From Rhodobacter sp. (lineage in GTDB: Bacteria > Pseudomonadota > Alphaproteobacteria > Rhodobacterales > Rhodobacteraceae): DNA of 64,000 bases. Below, piece after piece: positions 14,586 through 23,877 of this stretch. The stretch lies in contig JAIYDJ010000016.1 in the NCBI GenBank assembly GCA_027487575.1, positions 43,868 to 107,867 of the forward strand. Reading direction: 5' to 3'. Under the pieces are notes generated by a model. That model was not told the origin of the DNA and made no database searches. It saw only the letters and a program-made list of their open reading frames with translations. The translations under genes were made by a program, and so were the position numbers. How positions within the stretch are numbered: position 1 is the first letter of the stretch; every line of letters starts with the position of its first letter.

Positions 14586-16111
14586 GGGGACCGCACAACA
14601 TCTGGCGGCTGATCCGGACGGGTGCCACGCTGGAACGGACGGGCGCGATGGATCAGGTGCTGGCGGCGTTCAAGGCCCCGCCCCGCCTGCGGTTTGCCGC
14701 GCGGATGCTGGGCTGGCCGTTCAAATGGCTGGGCCTGAAAGGCGACCCTGACCTGCCGCCCACCACGCGGGCGCTGACCGCGCTGGGCCCGGCCTACATC
14801 AAGTTCGGGCAGATCCTGTCGACCCGCCCCGACATCGTGGGCGACGAACTTGCGCTGCAGTTGAAGTACCTGCAGGACAAGCTGCCGCCCTTTCCGACCG
14901 ATGTGGCCAAGCGGATGATCGCCGAAGAACTCGGCCTGCCGGTCGACGAGATCTTCAGTGCGTTTTCAGAACCGGTGGCGGCGGCGTCGATTGCACAGGT
15001 GCACCGGGCGACGCTGCGAAACACCGGGCAGGATGTGGCGGTCAAGGTGCTGCGCCCGGGGATCGAGCGGGCGTTTCAGCGTGACATCGACGCATTCTAT
15101 CTGATGGCGCGAACCATCGAGATTCTCGCCCCCTTTGCCCGCCGTTTGCGGCCCATGGATGTGATCACGCATTTTGAAGGTGTGGTGAAGGGTGAGTTGG
15201 ACCTGCGGCTGGAGTGTTCGGCGGCAGCGGAGTTTGCCGACAACACCAAGGACGACGAAGGCTTTCAGGTGCCCAAGCCCTTGTGGGAACTGTCGGGGCG
15301 GCAGGTGATGACGCTGGCCTGGGCCGAGGGCACCAACATGGCCGACAATGACGCGATCGACGCGGCGGGCCATGACCGCAGGGTTCTGGCCGCGCGGGTG
15401 CTGTCGCTGTTCCTGAGCCATGCGCTGCGCGACGGGCTGTTTCACGGCGACATGCATCAGGGCAACCTGAAGGTCGCGGCGAGCGGCAACATCATTGCCT
15501 ATGATTTCGGGATCATGGGCCGGATCGACGAATACACCCGCCGGGTCTATGCCGAGATTCTGATGGGGTTCATCCAGAAGGATTATCGCCGGGTCGCCGA
15601 GGTGCATTTCGAGGCGGGCTATGTGCCGCCCGACCGCGACATCGACGAATTCGCGCGCGCCTTGCGGGCGGTGGGCGAACCGATCTTCGGGATGGATGCG
15701 ACACGCATATCGATGGCGCGGCTGCTGTCGTATCTGTTCGAGGTGACGGAACGCTTTGGCATGGAGACGCGCACCGAACTGATCCTGCTGCAGCGGACGA
15801 TGGTGGTGGTCGAAGGCGTGGCGCGCGGGCTTGATCCGCATATCAACATCTGGCAGGTCGCCTCGCCCGTCGTGACCGCCTATGTCAGCCGGAATGTCGG
15901 GCCGCTGGCGCTGCTGCGCGATCTGAAACAGACGTTGCGGGTGATGGCCCGCTTTGGCCCCCGGCTGCCGCGGATCGTCGAACAAGCCCTGATCCGGCAG
16001 GCGGAACCGCCGGTGGTCATCGTGCGCAGGCGTTCGCTGCCGGTCTGGATGGTGGGTGCGGTGGCCCTTGCCGCGCTGGCGCTGGGCGTGGTGCTGGGTG
16101 AGATGCTGTAG
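14582..16111 (+). CDS. ubiB: UbiB (ABC1/ADCK-type kinase-like ubiquinone biosynthesis protein)
   Basis: [39 protein letters not shown] and a C-terminal TM helix. The GTG start overlaps the ubiE stop. Confidence 0.93.
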   Translation: MRGPHNIWRLIRTGATLERTGAMDQVLAAFKAPPRLRFAARMLGWPFKWLGLKGDPDLPPTTRALTALGPAYIKFGQILSTRPDIVGDELALQLKYLQDKLPPFPTDVAKRMIAEELGLPVDEIFSAFSEPVAAASIAQVHRATLRNTGQDVAVKVLRPGIERAFQRDIDAFYLMARTIEILAPFARRLRPMDVITHFEGVVKGELDLRLECSAAAEFADNTKDDEGFQVPKPLWELSGRQVMTLAWAEGTNMADNDAIDAAGHDRRVLAARVLSLFLSHALRDGLFHGDMHQGNLKVAASGNIIAYDFGIMGRIDEYTRRVYAEILMGFIQKDYRRVAEVHFEAGYVPPDRDIDEFARALRAVGEPIFGMDATRISMARLLSYLFEVTERFGMETRTELILLQRTMVVVEGVARGLDPHINIWQVASPVVTAYVSRNVGPLALLRDLKQTLRVMARFGPRLPRIVEQALIRQAEPPVVIVRRRSLPVWMVGAVALAALALGVVLGEML

Positions 16112-16115
16112 CGCG

Positions 16116-16763
16116 TCACGGCATCCGCAGCGCCGTGATCTGGGCCGCCGCAACCCTGACGCCCCCGGCCAGCAACAGCACCGCGCCGCCGGGCCCGCTT
16201 TGCGCCTCGACGATGCGGGCATAGGATTCGACCGGGGTCGTTGCTAGATGCCGTTCACCGGCATGGCTTTCGAGTGTCAGGGTGTAAGACCCGTGCGGCA
16301 AAGGATTGCCCGCCGCATCGGAGCCGAGCCACAGATAGGGTTCCGCTGACGCCGGCAGATCCTCGCGGCTGACAAGGCGACCCCCGGAATCATGGACCAC
16401 CAGAACCGCGCGATCCGCACCCGCGGCGGGTTCGGGTGACAGCGTGACCGGGCTGCCATCATACCAGACCGGAACCTCCGCCCGCGCCTCCTGCCCGACC
16501 CAGCCTGCCAGTTGCGCCATGCCCATCGTGCCGAACTGCCCGTTCAGCGTCTCAAGCCACTGGTTGGTGCGGGTCTGTTGTTCGACGCCAGAGAAGGTGG
16601 CCAGTTGCACCGCGAAATCGGCCGAACTCATCGGGTCGAGCGGGTCCTGGTTCTGCATCTGCGTGGTCAGCATCTTCAGGAACGTGGAGTAGTCCGATGT
16701 GATCGCCGCTTTCGGCACGGCGGGCGATGACGGGGCGGCGGTCAAGGCGGATGCGATTTCCAT
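16116..16763 (-). CDS. flgD: Flagellar hook capping/assembly protein FlgD
   Basis: DYSTFLKMLTTQMQNQDPLDPMSSADFAVQLATFSGVEQ is the FlgD N-terminal signature. Start placed at ATG 16763. Confidence 0.9.
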   Translation of the reverse strand: MEIASALTAAPSSPAVPKAAITSDYSTFLKMLTTQMQNQDPLDPMSSADFAVQLATFSGVEQQTRTNQWLETLNGQFGTMGMAQLAGWVGQEARAEVPVWYDGSPVTLSPEPAAGADRAVLVVHDSGGRLVSREDLPASAEPYLWLGSDAAGNPLPHGSYTLTLESHAGERHLATTPVESYARIVEAQSGPGGAVLLLAGGVRVAAAQITALRMP

Positions 16764-16774
16764 GGCTTGTCCTT

Positions 16775-17845
16775 TCAAAGGCGCAGATCGAGTCCGCCAC
16801 CCGTCGGCCGGGGGGCGTCCGGGGCGGCGTGGGGAGTGGTTGGGGGTTGGGGCAGCGGGGTGTCGGACAACGGCGCGGCCGCGGCAGAATGCTGGCCGCC
16901 CCGCGACCACTGGCCAAAGCTGAGCGTGGCATCGGCATAACCTGCCTCGCGGAATTCCGCCAAAAGCTGGTCGGCATGGCGGCGCAGCAGGTCCAGCGTC
17001 TCGGGACGTTCGACGGTCAGGTGGATGCGCATCTGCTCGCCCGATTGCGTGACCTCGAACCGCATCCTGCCCAGATCTTCGGGCGTCAGCACAAGCTCGA
17101 CAGTGCCCGGTTCGGGCATTGTGACGGCCTGCAAGATCGGCGCGGTGGTTGCGGACGGCAAGGGGGCGGCTGGCCGGGTGTCCGCAGTCGGCGGTGCATC
17201 GGCCGGGGGTGGCAGGAGGGTGACTGCGGTTTCAACGGCAGACGGCCGGTGAAGGGGGACGGCGGCGAGGTCAGGCAACTCAAGTGGCGCGGCGTTGGCC
17301 GGTACCCCTGCGGCCGGAGAGTCCGCCGCGAAAAGGGCTGCAGCGGGCAGGGGCTGATCGAGGGGCATCTCCGTCTCGGCAGCGCGCAGCAACAGGGCGG
17401 ATTCCAGAGAACGGACCGCAGGGCGGGACGGCAGTGCTGCGGCAACTTCTGCAACCACGACCGGACCGGGCACAGGCTGGGCTACCGGCGTTTGCGGATC
17501 GGTCGGCAGCGTGTCCGATGCGACAGCGGACGGGGCGGCCACCGGTGATGAAGCGGCTGTGAGGGTGGGCTGAACAGGGGCAGGCTCCACGGCTGCAGGA
17601 CCGGCGGGCGATGCGCCAGACCCTTGGTGCGGGGCCAGGCCTGTTGATGCCGCAGGGGCAGCCTGCGCCAAAGGTTCGGGCAATGCCGCACCGGGCCAGG
17701 GCAAGGCCAACTCGTCCCCGGAATCTGGCATATCCACAAGGTCGAGAAAGTCGCAGGCATCCTCGGACGACGCAGCATCCTGCCGGGCAGGGGCTGCCAT
17801 GGCCGGGGCCGAAGCCGGGGGAAGGACCGGGGGAATCATCATCAT
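16775..17845 (-). CDS. fliK: Flagellar hook-length control protein FliK
   Basis: Pro/Ala-rich body plus a C-terminal Flg_hook-type domain (VELVLTPEDLGRMRFEVTQSGEQMRIHLTVERPETLDLLRRHADQLLAEF). It sits upstream of flgD. Start at the MMM run (17845). Confidence 0.8.
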   Translation of the reverse strand: MMMIPPVLPPASAPAMAAPARQDAASSEDACDFLDLVDMPDSGDELALPWPGAALPEPLAQAAPAASTGLAPHQGSGASPAGPAAVEPAPVQPTLTAASSPVAAPSAVASDTLPTDPQTPVAQPVPGPVVVAEVAAALPSRPAVRSLESALLLRAAETEMPLDQPLPAAALFAADSPAAGVPANAAPLELPDLAAVPLHRPSAVETAVTLLPPPADAPPTADTRPAAPLPSATTAPILQAVTMPEPGTVELVLTPEDLGRMRFEVTQSGEQMRIHLTVERPETLDLLRRHADQLLAEFREAGYADATLSFGQWSRGGQHSAAAAPLSDTPLPQPPTTPHAAPDAPRPTGGGLDLRL

Positions 17846-17886
17846 GCGACTTCTGCCGTTGCTGTGACGATCATTCCGCCAACTGG

Positions 17887-17901
17887 TTACCACCTGTTTA
17901 C
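17887..17901. promoter_or_regulatory. CtrA-box-like motif TTAC-N7-TTAC in the fliK / rod-binding-gene divergent region
   Basis: Read directly: TTACcacctgtTTAC. It matches 6/8 of TTAA-N7-TTAA. Confidence 0.25.
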
Positions 17902-17923
17902 CGCCGCCGCGGATAGTCGGGCG

Positions 17924-18238
17924 ATGCACCCCAACGCCGAGGCTTTCATGCAGATGTTCCCGATATCCGATCCGATGCCGCCCCAGCCGTCTCCGGCTCA
18001 CCAGCGCACCGATGCCGTCTTGATGGAGCGGGCCCGCGCGCTCGAATCAGCGTTCCTTTCGGAAATGCTGTCGCATGCCGGTCTGGGCCGCGGGTCGGAC
18101 GCTGCGTTCGGCGGGGGCATCGGCGAAGATCAGTTCGCCTCGTTCCTGCGACAGGCACAGGCCGACGTGATGGTCCGGCGCGGCGGAATCGGTCTGGCCG
18201 AACAGTTGTTTCGGGCGATGCGTGGAGGTGACGCATGA
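17924..18238 (+). CDS. flgJ: Rod-binding protein (single-domain FlgJ-like, no muramidase domain)
   Basis: ARALESAFLSEMLSHAG...GEDQFASFLRQAQADVMVRRGGIGLAEQLFRAM matches the FlgJ N-terminal rod-binding pattern. The start is uncertain: 17864, 17924, or 17948 (the last has GAGG 5 nt upstream). Confidence 0.75.
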   Translation: MHPNAEAFMQMFPISDPMPPQPSPAHQRTDAVLMERARALESAFLSEMLSHAGLGRGSDAAFGGGIGEDQFASFLRQAQADVMVRRGGIGLAEQLFRAMRGGDA

Positions 18239-18582
18239 CCGATCCGGCGGCAGACGACGGGGTGGACCGGATGGCCCATCTGCTCGATGGCGTCCATGAC
18301 GCGCTGATGCGGGCGGACTATGCGCCCCTTGCCGGGCTGACGGTGGGGATCGAAGCAGAACTCGCGCGGCTGGAAGACCGCCGCGACGGGGCCGCCCTGC
18401 TGCGGGTGCGCGCAAGGGCCGAGCGCAACGAAGTCTGCCTGCAGGCCGCGCAGCGCGGAGTGCGTTCCGCCCGCCGTCGGCTGGAAGAAATCCGGGCTGC
18501 CCGGTCGGGTCTGATCACTTATGACGACAAGGGTCGCCGGTGCGTGCCGCAGGCTGGGGCCGAAATGGTCAAGAGGTTCTAA
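18235..18582 (+). CDS. Hypothetical flagellar-cluster protein (115 aa, Arg/Ala-rich helical)
   Basis: Its ATGA start overlaps the stop of the rod-binding gene. I recognise no family. Confidence 0.6.
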   Translation: MTDPAADDGVDRMAHLLDGVHDALMRADYAPLAGLTVGIEAELARLEDRRDGAALLRVRARAERNEVCLQAAQRGVRSARRRLEEIRAARSGLITYDDKGRRCVPQAGAEMVKRF

Positions 18583-18620
18583 GCCATTGTTTCAAATGCT
18601 GCCAATCGGACCCGGTCCGG

Positions 18621-18635
18621 TTAGCGCCTCGTTAG
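18621..18635. promoter_or_regulatory. Weak CtrA-box-like motif TTAG-N7-TTAG upstream of flagellin
   Basis: TTAGcgcctcgTTAG lies ~150 nt upstream of the flagellin ATG. It matches 6/8 of the consensus. Confidence 0.2.
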
Positions 18636-18782
18636 AACTTCCCCGCTTTACTGCCCTTGCACCCCAAGACGGGGTGGCGCGAACGGCTCCCGCCAGACGC
18701 ACCGGACAGAAGGCCTTCCCGCCGCCCCATGGGTGGTTCATCGCGCCAGGCGAAACGCGCCGGCAATCGAAAAGGAATGATT

Positions 18783-20000
18783 ATGTCGTCCATCCTGACC
18801 AACACCTCGGCCATGGTCGCGCTGCAGACCATGAAGTCGATCAACAAGAACATGGCGATGACCCAGTCGGAAATCTCGACCGGCAAAAGCATCAACAACG
18901 CCAAGGACAATGCGGCCGTCTGGGCCATTTCCAAGACGATGGAATCCGACGTCAAGGGCTTCAAGGGCATCTCCGACAGCCTCGCCCTCGGCTCGACCAC
19001 GGTTGGCGTGGCGCGGAAGGCCTCGGAAACGGTGACGGACCTGCTGACCCAGATGAAGGGCAAGATCGTCGCCGCGCAGGAAGGCAACGTCGACCGTGAC
19101 AAGCTGCAGACCGATGTCGAAGCCTTGCGCGACCAGATCGAGTCGGTCGTGGGTGCGGCCCAGTTCAACGGTCTCAACCTCGTGGACGGATCGCAGACCT
19201 CGGTCGATGTGCTGTCCTCGCTCGACCGCTCGGGAAGCGATGTGTCGGCCTCGTCGATCACCGTCGATGCGCAGAACCTGTCGACCGGCGACTATCTGCT
19301 GAACGACGTGTTCGCCGCGGGCACGGCCTCGATCGTGTCGACCGATGCCGACACCTTCGTGATGTCGCTCGACCAGGGCGGCGGTACGGACGAAATCACG
19401 ATCCAGGACGGCGCGAACGCCTGGGCGGCCGGCGACAAGATCAGCATGCGCATCGGCGAAAAGACCGCCTCCTACACGGTGACCGCCGGCGACATCACCA
19501 GTGGCAACAACTCGGTGGCCGACCTGATCGCGGTGGGCATGAAGAATGCCATCGACGCGCTGGGCGTCGAGGGGTTGACGGTGGACTATGACAGCGCGAC
19601 GCCGGGCGAGCTGGCCTTCACCAACGACGGCACGGCCGACCTGACCGTCAGCGGCCAGTACACCAATGCCGACGCCGGCGGTCTGGGCGCGCTGGCCTCT
19701 ATCGACGTTTCAAGCGCCACCAACGCGCAGACCGCGCTGGGCACGGTCGAAACGCTGATCGACACGGCAATCGACGCGGCCGCCGCCTTCGGTTCGGTTC
19801 AGACCCGGATCGAGACGCAGGCCGATTTCGTCAGTGAACTGACGGATTCGCTGAAGGCGGGTATCGGGTCGCTGGTCGATGCCGATCTGGAGGAAACGTC
19901 GGCGCGGCTGCAGGCGCTGCAGGTGCAGCAGCAGCTTGCCACGCAATCGCTGTCGATCGCGAACCAGGCGCCGCAGAACCTGCTGTCGCTGTTCCGGTAA
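18783..20000 (+). CDS. Flagellin (alpha-proteobacterial type)
   Basis: MSSILTNTSAMVALQTMKSINKNMAMTQSEISTGKSINNAKDNAAVWAI at the N-terminus and ...LQALQVQQQLATQSLSIANQAPQNLLSLFR at the C-terminus. AAGGAA SD-like sequence before ATG 18783. Confidence 0.93.
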   Translation: MSSILTNTSAMVALQTMKSINKNMAMTQSEISTGKSINNAKDNAAVWAISKTMESDVKGFKGISDSLALGSTTVGVARKASETVTDLLTQMKGKIVAAQEGNVDRDKLQTDVEALRDQIESVVGAAQFNGLNLVDGSQTSVDVLSSLDRSGSDVSASSITVDAQNLSTGDYLLNDVFAAGTASIVSTDADTFVMSLDQGGGTDEITIQDGANAWAAGDKISMRIGEKTASYTVTAGDITSGNNSVADLIAVGMKNAIDALGVEGLTVDYDSATPGELAFTNDGTADLTVSGQYTNADAGGLGALASIDVSSATNAQTALGTVETLIDTAIDAAAAFGSVQTRIETQADFVSELTDSLKAGIGSLVDADLEETSARLQALQVQQQLATQSLSIANQAPQNLLSLFR

Positions 20001-20008
20001 AGGCATCG

Positions 20009-20032
20009 GCCGGGGGGCCACCCCCCCGGCCG
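20009..20032 (+). terminator. GC-rich hairpin (terminator/attenuator) between flagellin and flaF
   Basis: GGCCGGGGGG-cca-CCCCCCGGCC is a perfect 10-bp stem, followed by GTTCTTCTG. It starts 9 nt after the flagellin stop. Confidence 0.6.
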
Positions 20033-20068
20033 TTCTTCTGACCCAACCCCAATTCGGAAGGATTTGCC

Positions 20069-20446
20069 GTGAGTTCCGCTCAATACGCTGCCCGCAGCGC
20101 CTATTCCCGTCCCGATGTCCCGTCTCGCACTCCGCGCATGGTGGAATACGATCTGATCGCCAGGATGACCCAGAGACTGACCAGCAGCTGGGCCAGGCGG
20201 CGCAGCGATTTTCCTGCTTTCGCGCTCGCCCTGACCGACAACCAGCGGATGTGGTCCACGCTGGCCGCCGACGTGGCCGAACCGCAGAACGGCCTTCCTG
20301 CCCCGCTGCGGGCGCAACTGTTCTATCTCTACCAGTTTACGGTCGAACACAGCCGGACCGTGCTGGACGACAAGGGCAGCATCGACGTGCTGATCGACAT
20401 CAACACCGCCGTCATGCGCGGCCTGCGTGGTGAGAGCGGGTCATGA
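20069..20446 (+). CDS. flaF: Flagellar biosynthesis regulator FlaF
   Basis: YDLIARMT..., ALTDNQRMWSTLAADVAEPQNGLPAPLRAQLFYLYQFTVEHSRTVL is the FlaF family pattern. GTG start. Confidence 0.85.
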   Translation: MSSAQYAARSAYSRPDVPSRTPRMVEYDLIARMTQRLTSSWARRRSDFPAFALALTDNQRMWSTLAADVAEPQNGLPAPLRAQLFYLYQFTVEHSRTVLDDKGSIDVLIDINTAVMRGLRGESGS

Positions 20447-20844
20447 CCGGGCTGGTCCTGAAGCTGGGACCGCACGAACGGGTGCTGATCAACGGCGCGG
20501 TGATCGAGAACGGCGAGCGGCGATCGCGGCTCGCGATCATGACGCCCGGCGCTCATATCCTGCGACTGCGCGATGCGATCCACCCTGAAGAGGCCAATAC
20601 GCCGGTCCGACGGGTGTGCTATGTGGCGCAGCTTGTCCTTTCAGGGGATGCCGACCCGTCCGACGCCAGAATGAGGCTGTTGCGCGGAATCGAACAGTTG
20701 AGCCAGGTTCTGACAGACCATGACAGCCGCACCCAGCTGACGATCGCAACGGCTGCGGTTCTGGCGGACCAGCACTATCAGGTTCTGAAAGCGCTGCGCA
20801 GCCTGCTGCCGCGGGAAGAGCGGCTGATGGCCGCGTCGGCATGA
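20443..20844 (+). CDS. flbT: Flagellin translational repressor FlbT
   Basis: MTGLVLKLGPHERVLINGAVIENGERRSRLAI... is the FlbT family N-terminus. ATGA overlap with flaF. Confidence 0.85.
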   Translation: MTGLVLKLGPHERVLINGAVIENGERRSRLAIMTPGAHILRLRDAIHPEEANTPVRRVCYVAQLVLSGDADPSDARMRLLRGIEQLSQVLTDHDSRTQLTIATAAVLADQHYQVLKALRSLLPREERLMAASA

Positions 20845-20851
20845 GGCGGTC

Positions 20852-21676
20852 ATGACATTCTCTCCGGTCATTCCGGGCACCGGCTATGCAGGGTGGACCT
20901 TTCTGCAACGCACCAAGAATGCGCAGGCTGCCTCGTTCAACAAAAGTCCTGAACTTGCGCGCGACGAGACCTATTTTCGCGAAAGGATAAAATCGGTCAA
21001 GACTGCGGACGATCTGGTCGGCGACCGGCGCCTTCTGAAGGTGGCGCTGGGTGCCTTCGGGCTGGATGCGGACATCAACAGCAAGGCCTTCATCCGCAAG
21101 GTGCTGACCGACGGAACGCTGAAAGAGGGAACCCTTTCAGGCCGGCTGGCCGACAAGCAGTACGAAAAGCTGTCGGCGGCGTTCGGGTTCGGTGACTTTG
21201 CCGTGCCCAGCACGCAGCTTTCTGATTTCCCCGACCGCATCCTGAACCTGTACAAGACGCGGCAGTTTGAAATCGCAGTCGGCGCGCAGAACAACGATTT
21301 CCGCCTGTCTCTGAGCGCCGAGCGCGAACTCGCGGACCTTTCGGCGAACCGCGCGAGCAGCGAGGACACCAAGTGGTTCCGCATCCTTGGGTCCGCGCCC
21401 TTGCGTCAGGTGTTCCAGAAGGCATTGGGTCTGTCATCCGGCATCGCCGGGGCCGATCTGGACCGACAGTTGCAAACCTTCAAGGAAAAGGCGGAAAGGG
21501 TGTTCGGGGACGACTCGGTCAGCCAGTTTGCCGATCCGGCCAAGGTCGATCAGCTTGTCAGACGGTTTCTGGTCAGATCAGAGGCGGACAGTCTGGGTAC
21601 CAGTGCGGGGTCCGGCGCGATGGTCCTGCAGATGTTGCAGCAATCCAGCGCCTTTCTGCGGGCCAACCGGTTCTGA
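20852..21676 (+). CDS. DUF1217-type flagellar-associated protein
   Basis: GYAGWTFLQRT...YFRERI..V.TADDLVGDRRLLKVALGAFGLDADINSKAFIRKVL matches my recollection of the DUF1217 repeat family seen in alphaproteobacterial flagellar loci. Confidence 0.7.
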   Translation: MTFSPVIPGTGYAGWTFLQRTKNAQAASFNKSPELARDETYFRERIKSVKTADDLVGDRRLLKVALGAFGLDADINSKAFIRKVLTDGTLKEGTLSGRLADKQYEKLSAAFGFGDFAVPSTQLSDFPDRILNLYKTRQFEIAVGAQNNDFRLSLSAERELADLSANRASSEDTKWFRILGSAPLRQVFQKALGLSSGIAGADLDRQLQTFKEKAERVFGDDSVSQFADPAKVDQLVRRFLVRSEADSLGTSAGSGAMVLQMLQQSSAFLRANRF

Positions 21677-21688
21677 TTCGCGCTGCCT

Positions 21689-23011
21689 TCAACGCAGGTT
21701 CAGGGCGGCGGCAAGACGGCGGAAGCTGCCCCCGATCCCGTCGGCCGGGGCGTCTTCCGCCAGAAACGCGTCAAGCGCGGGCCAGACCTTCATGGCGAGG
21801 TCGATCTGGGGGTCCGACCCCTTGGCGTACAGGCCTGCCTGTATCATCATCTCTGCCCTGTCCCAGGTTCCCAGCAGCCGACGGGTCTGGGCGATCAGGA
21901 TGTTTTCCTCGGGCGTCGCGGCCTCCGGCAGGCTTCGGGAGACCGAACGCAGAAGGTCGATGGCGGGAAAGCGTCCACGCTCGGCGATCTTGCGGTCCAT
22001 CACGACATGACCATCAATCGTCCCGCGCAGGATATCGGCCACCGGTTCGTCCATGTCCGATCCGGCGACCAGCACCGAGAAGACTGCGGTGATGTCGCCC
22101 GAACCTTCGGGCCCCGGCCCGGCCCGTTCGGCCAGAGCCATGATGGCGGGGGCGAGCGAGGGCGGATAGCCGCGCAGCGACGCATCCTCGCCCCCTGCCA
22201 GCGCCACTTCACGATGAGCCTCGGCAAAGCGGGTGATGCTGTCGGCAAGGAGCAGGACATGCAGGCCCTTGTCGCGGAAATGTTCGGCCACCGCCATCGC
22301 CGCCCAGGCACAGCGGCGGCGGACCAAAGGGGACTGGTCGGATGTGGCGGTCACGACGACCGACCGCGCCATGCCGTCCGGACCAAGCACCCGTTCCGTG
22401 AATTCGCGCAACTCGCGACCCCGCTCGCCGATCAGCGCGATGACGACGACATCCGCCTCCACCCCCCGGGCCAGCTTGGCCAGCAACGAGGATTTGCCGA
22501 CGCCGGAACCTGCGAACAGACCGATCCGCTGACCCCGGACCAGCGGCAGCAGGGTGTCAAACACGGCGACTCCGGTGGACAGGCGGGCACCGAGGCGACC
22601 GCGCTGCGCGGCCGGGGGGGCGGCGCTGCGCAGCGCGCGCGGCACGGCACCGCGAAACAGCGGGCGGCCGTCAAGCGCCCGGCCGAACGGGTCCACGATA
22701 CGGCCGATCCAGCTGTCATCCGGAGAGATGCTGGACTGGCCGCAAAGCTTGACCTCGGCCCCGATCGGCAGGCCCTCGGGCACGTCATCGGTCAGAATCG
22801 TCAGGCCATCGGGCGACAGGGCCATCACCTCGCCATCCAGGGCCAGCGCGCCATGCGCCTCGCCGACACGGACCCGGTCGCCAAGGGTGGCACAGCGTTG
22901 CAGACCCGTGACGCGGATCGTCCCGCGCGCAACCTCTGCCACACGCCCTACCTCGTGCACGCGCAGAATGCAGGCCAGCTCAGCCCGCAGCCCATCGAAA
23001 ACACCAGCCAA
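21689..23011 (-). CDS. fliI: Flagellum-specific ATPase FliI
   Basis: Walker A GSGVGKSSLL, Walker B VLLLADSITRFA, and ERGRFPAIDLLRSVSR. TTG start preceded by GGAGAA. Confidence 0.95.
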   Translation of the reverse strand: MAGVFDGLRAELACILRVHEVGRVAEVARGTIRVTGLQRCATLGDRVRVGEAHGALALDGEVMALSPDGLTILTDDVPEGLPIGAEVKLCGQSSISPDDSWIGRIVDPFGRALDGRPLFRGAVPRALRSAAPPAAQRGRLGARLSTGVAVFDTLLPLVRGQRIGLFAGSGVGKSSLLAKLARGVEADVVVIALIGERGRELREFTERVLGPDGMARSVVVTATSDQSPLVRRRCAWAAMAVAEHFRDKGLHVLLLADSITRFAEAHREVALAGGEDASLRGYPPSLAPAIMALAERAGPGPEGSGDITAVFSVLVAGSDMDEPVADILRGTIDGHVVMDRKIAERGRFPAIDLLRSVSRSLPEAATPEENILIAQTRRLLGTWDRAEMMIQAGLYAKGSDPQIDLAMKVWPALDAFLAEDAPADGIGGSFRRLAAALNLR

Positions 23012-23059
23012 AGGATTCTCCTTTTGTTCGTCTGATTACCGTTTCTAAAGGAATCACCC

Positions 23060-23074
23060 TTAAATGTTGGTGAA
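23060..23074. promoter_or_regulatory. CtrA-box-like motif TTAA-N7-TGAA in the fliI / flgB divergent region
   Basis: TTAAatgttggTGAA matches 7/8 of the consensus. It lies 34 nt upstream of the flgB ATG. Confidence 0.3.
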
Positions 23075-23107
23075 AGCGTTCAGCCTTTGTTCGGTGGAGA
23101 AACCCCG

Positions 23108-23485
23108 ATGTTCGAGAAACTGGAACTGACCCGGATGGCCCAGGCCATGGCGTCGCACGCCGGAGCGCGGCTGGGTGTGGTGGCGGCCAACATCGCCCAT
23201 GCCGACAGCCCCGGTTACAAGGCGCGCGACCTGCCTGACTTCGCCGAAGCCTACGGCGGACGCAACACGATGCGCACAACGCGCGCGGGGCACCAGGGGG
23301 AGGGAGACGCCACGTCTGCACAGGCGCGCATTGTCCGTGGGCCCGGATCTCCGAACGGCAACACGGTATCGCTGGAAACCGAAATGGTTCGCGGGGTCGA
23401 GGTGCGCCAGCAGCACGAAATGGCGCTCGCGGTCTATCGGGTCACGTCTGAAATCGTGCGCGCCAGCCTCGGGCGGAGGGGCTGA
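23108..23485 (+). CDS. flgB: Flagellar basal-body rod protein FlgB
   Basis: ANIAHADSPGYKARDL motif. ATG 23108 is preceded by GGAGAA. Confidence 0.88.
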   Translation: MFEKLELTRMAQAMASHAGARLGVVAANIAHADSPGYKARDLPDFAEAYGGRNTMRTTRAGHQGEGDATSAQARIVRGPGSPNGNTVSLETEMVRGVEVRQQHEMALAVYRVTSEIVRASLGRRG

Positions 23486-23865
23486 TGAGCGATCTGTTGC
23501 AGTCCCTGTCGATGTCAGCCTCGGGGATGCAGGCGCAGGCCATGCGTTTGCGCCATGCGTCCGAAAACATCGCGAACGCCGACACGCCCGGCTACCACCG
23601 CAAACTCGTCACCTTTCGCGACGAAGTCGACTCCGGCCGGGTCACGACCGGCCCGGTGCAACTGGACAGGTCCGACCTGACCAGCATCTACGACCCCGGC
23701 CATCCGCTGGCCGATGAAACCGGTCACCATGACGGCTCGAACGTCGATCTGGTGATCGAAATCGCTGACGCGCGCGAAGCGCAGCGCAGCTACGAGGCGA
23801 ACCTTCGGATGTTCGACCAGGCGCGGCAAATGACGCAGAGCCTGTTCGACCTTCTGCGCCGATAG
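23485..23865 (+). CDS. flgC: Flagellar basal-body rod protein FlgC
   Basis: SASGMQAQAMRLRHASENIANADTPGYHRK and C-terminal EAQRSYEANLRMFDQARQM. Its start shares 1 nt with the flgB stop (TGATG). Confidence 0.93.
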   Translation: MSDLLQSLSMSASGMQAQAMRLRHASENIANADTPGYHRKLVTFRDEVDSGRVTTGPVQLDRSDLTSIYDPGHPLADETGHHDGSNVDLVIEIADAREAQRSYEANLRMFDQARQMTQSLFDLLRR

Positions 23866-23877
23866 AGGAGTTCTAGA

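Noticed and set aside
18640-18665. Possible sigma-54 (-24/-12) promoter near CTGCCCTTGCA upstream of flagellin.
   Set aside because: The TTGC element has no GG dinucleotide at the required 10-11 nt upstream spacing, so it does not fit TGGCAC-N5-TTGC.
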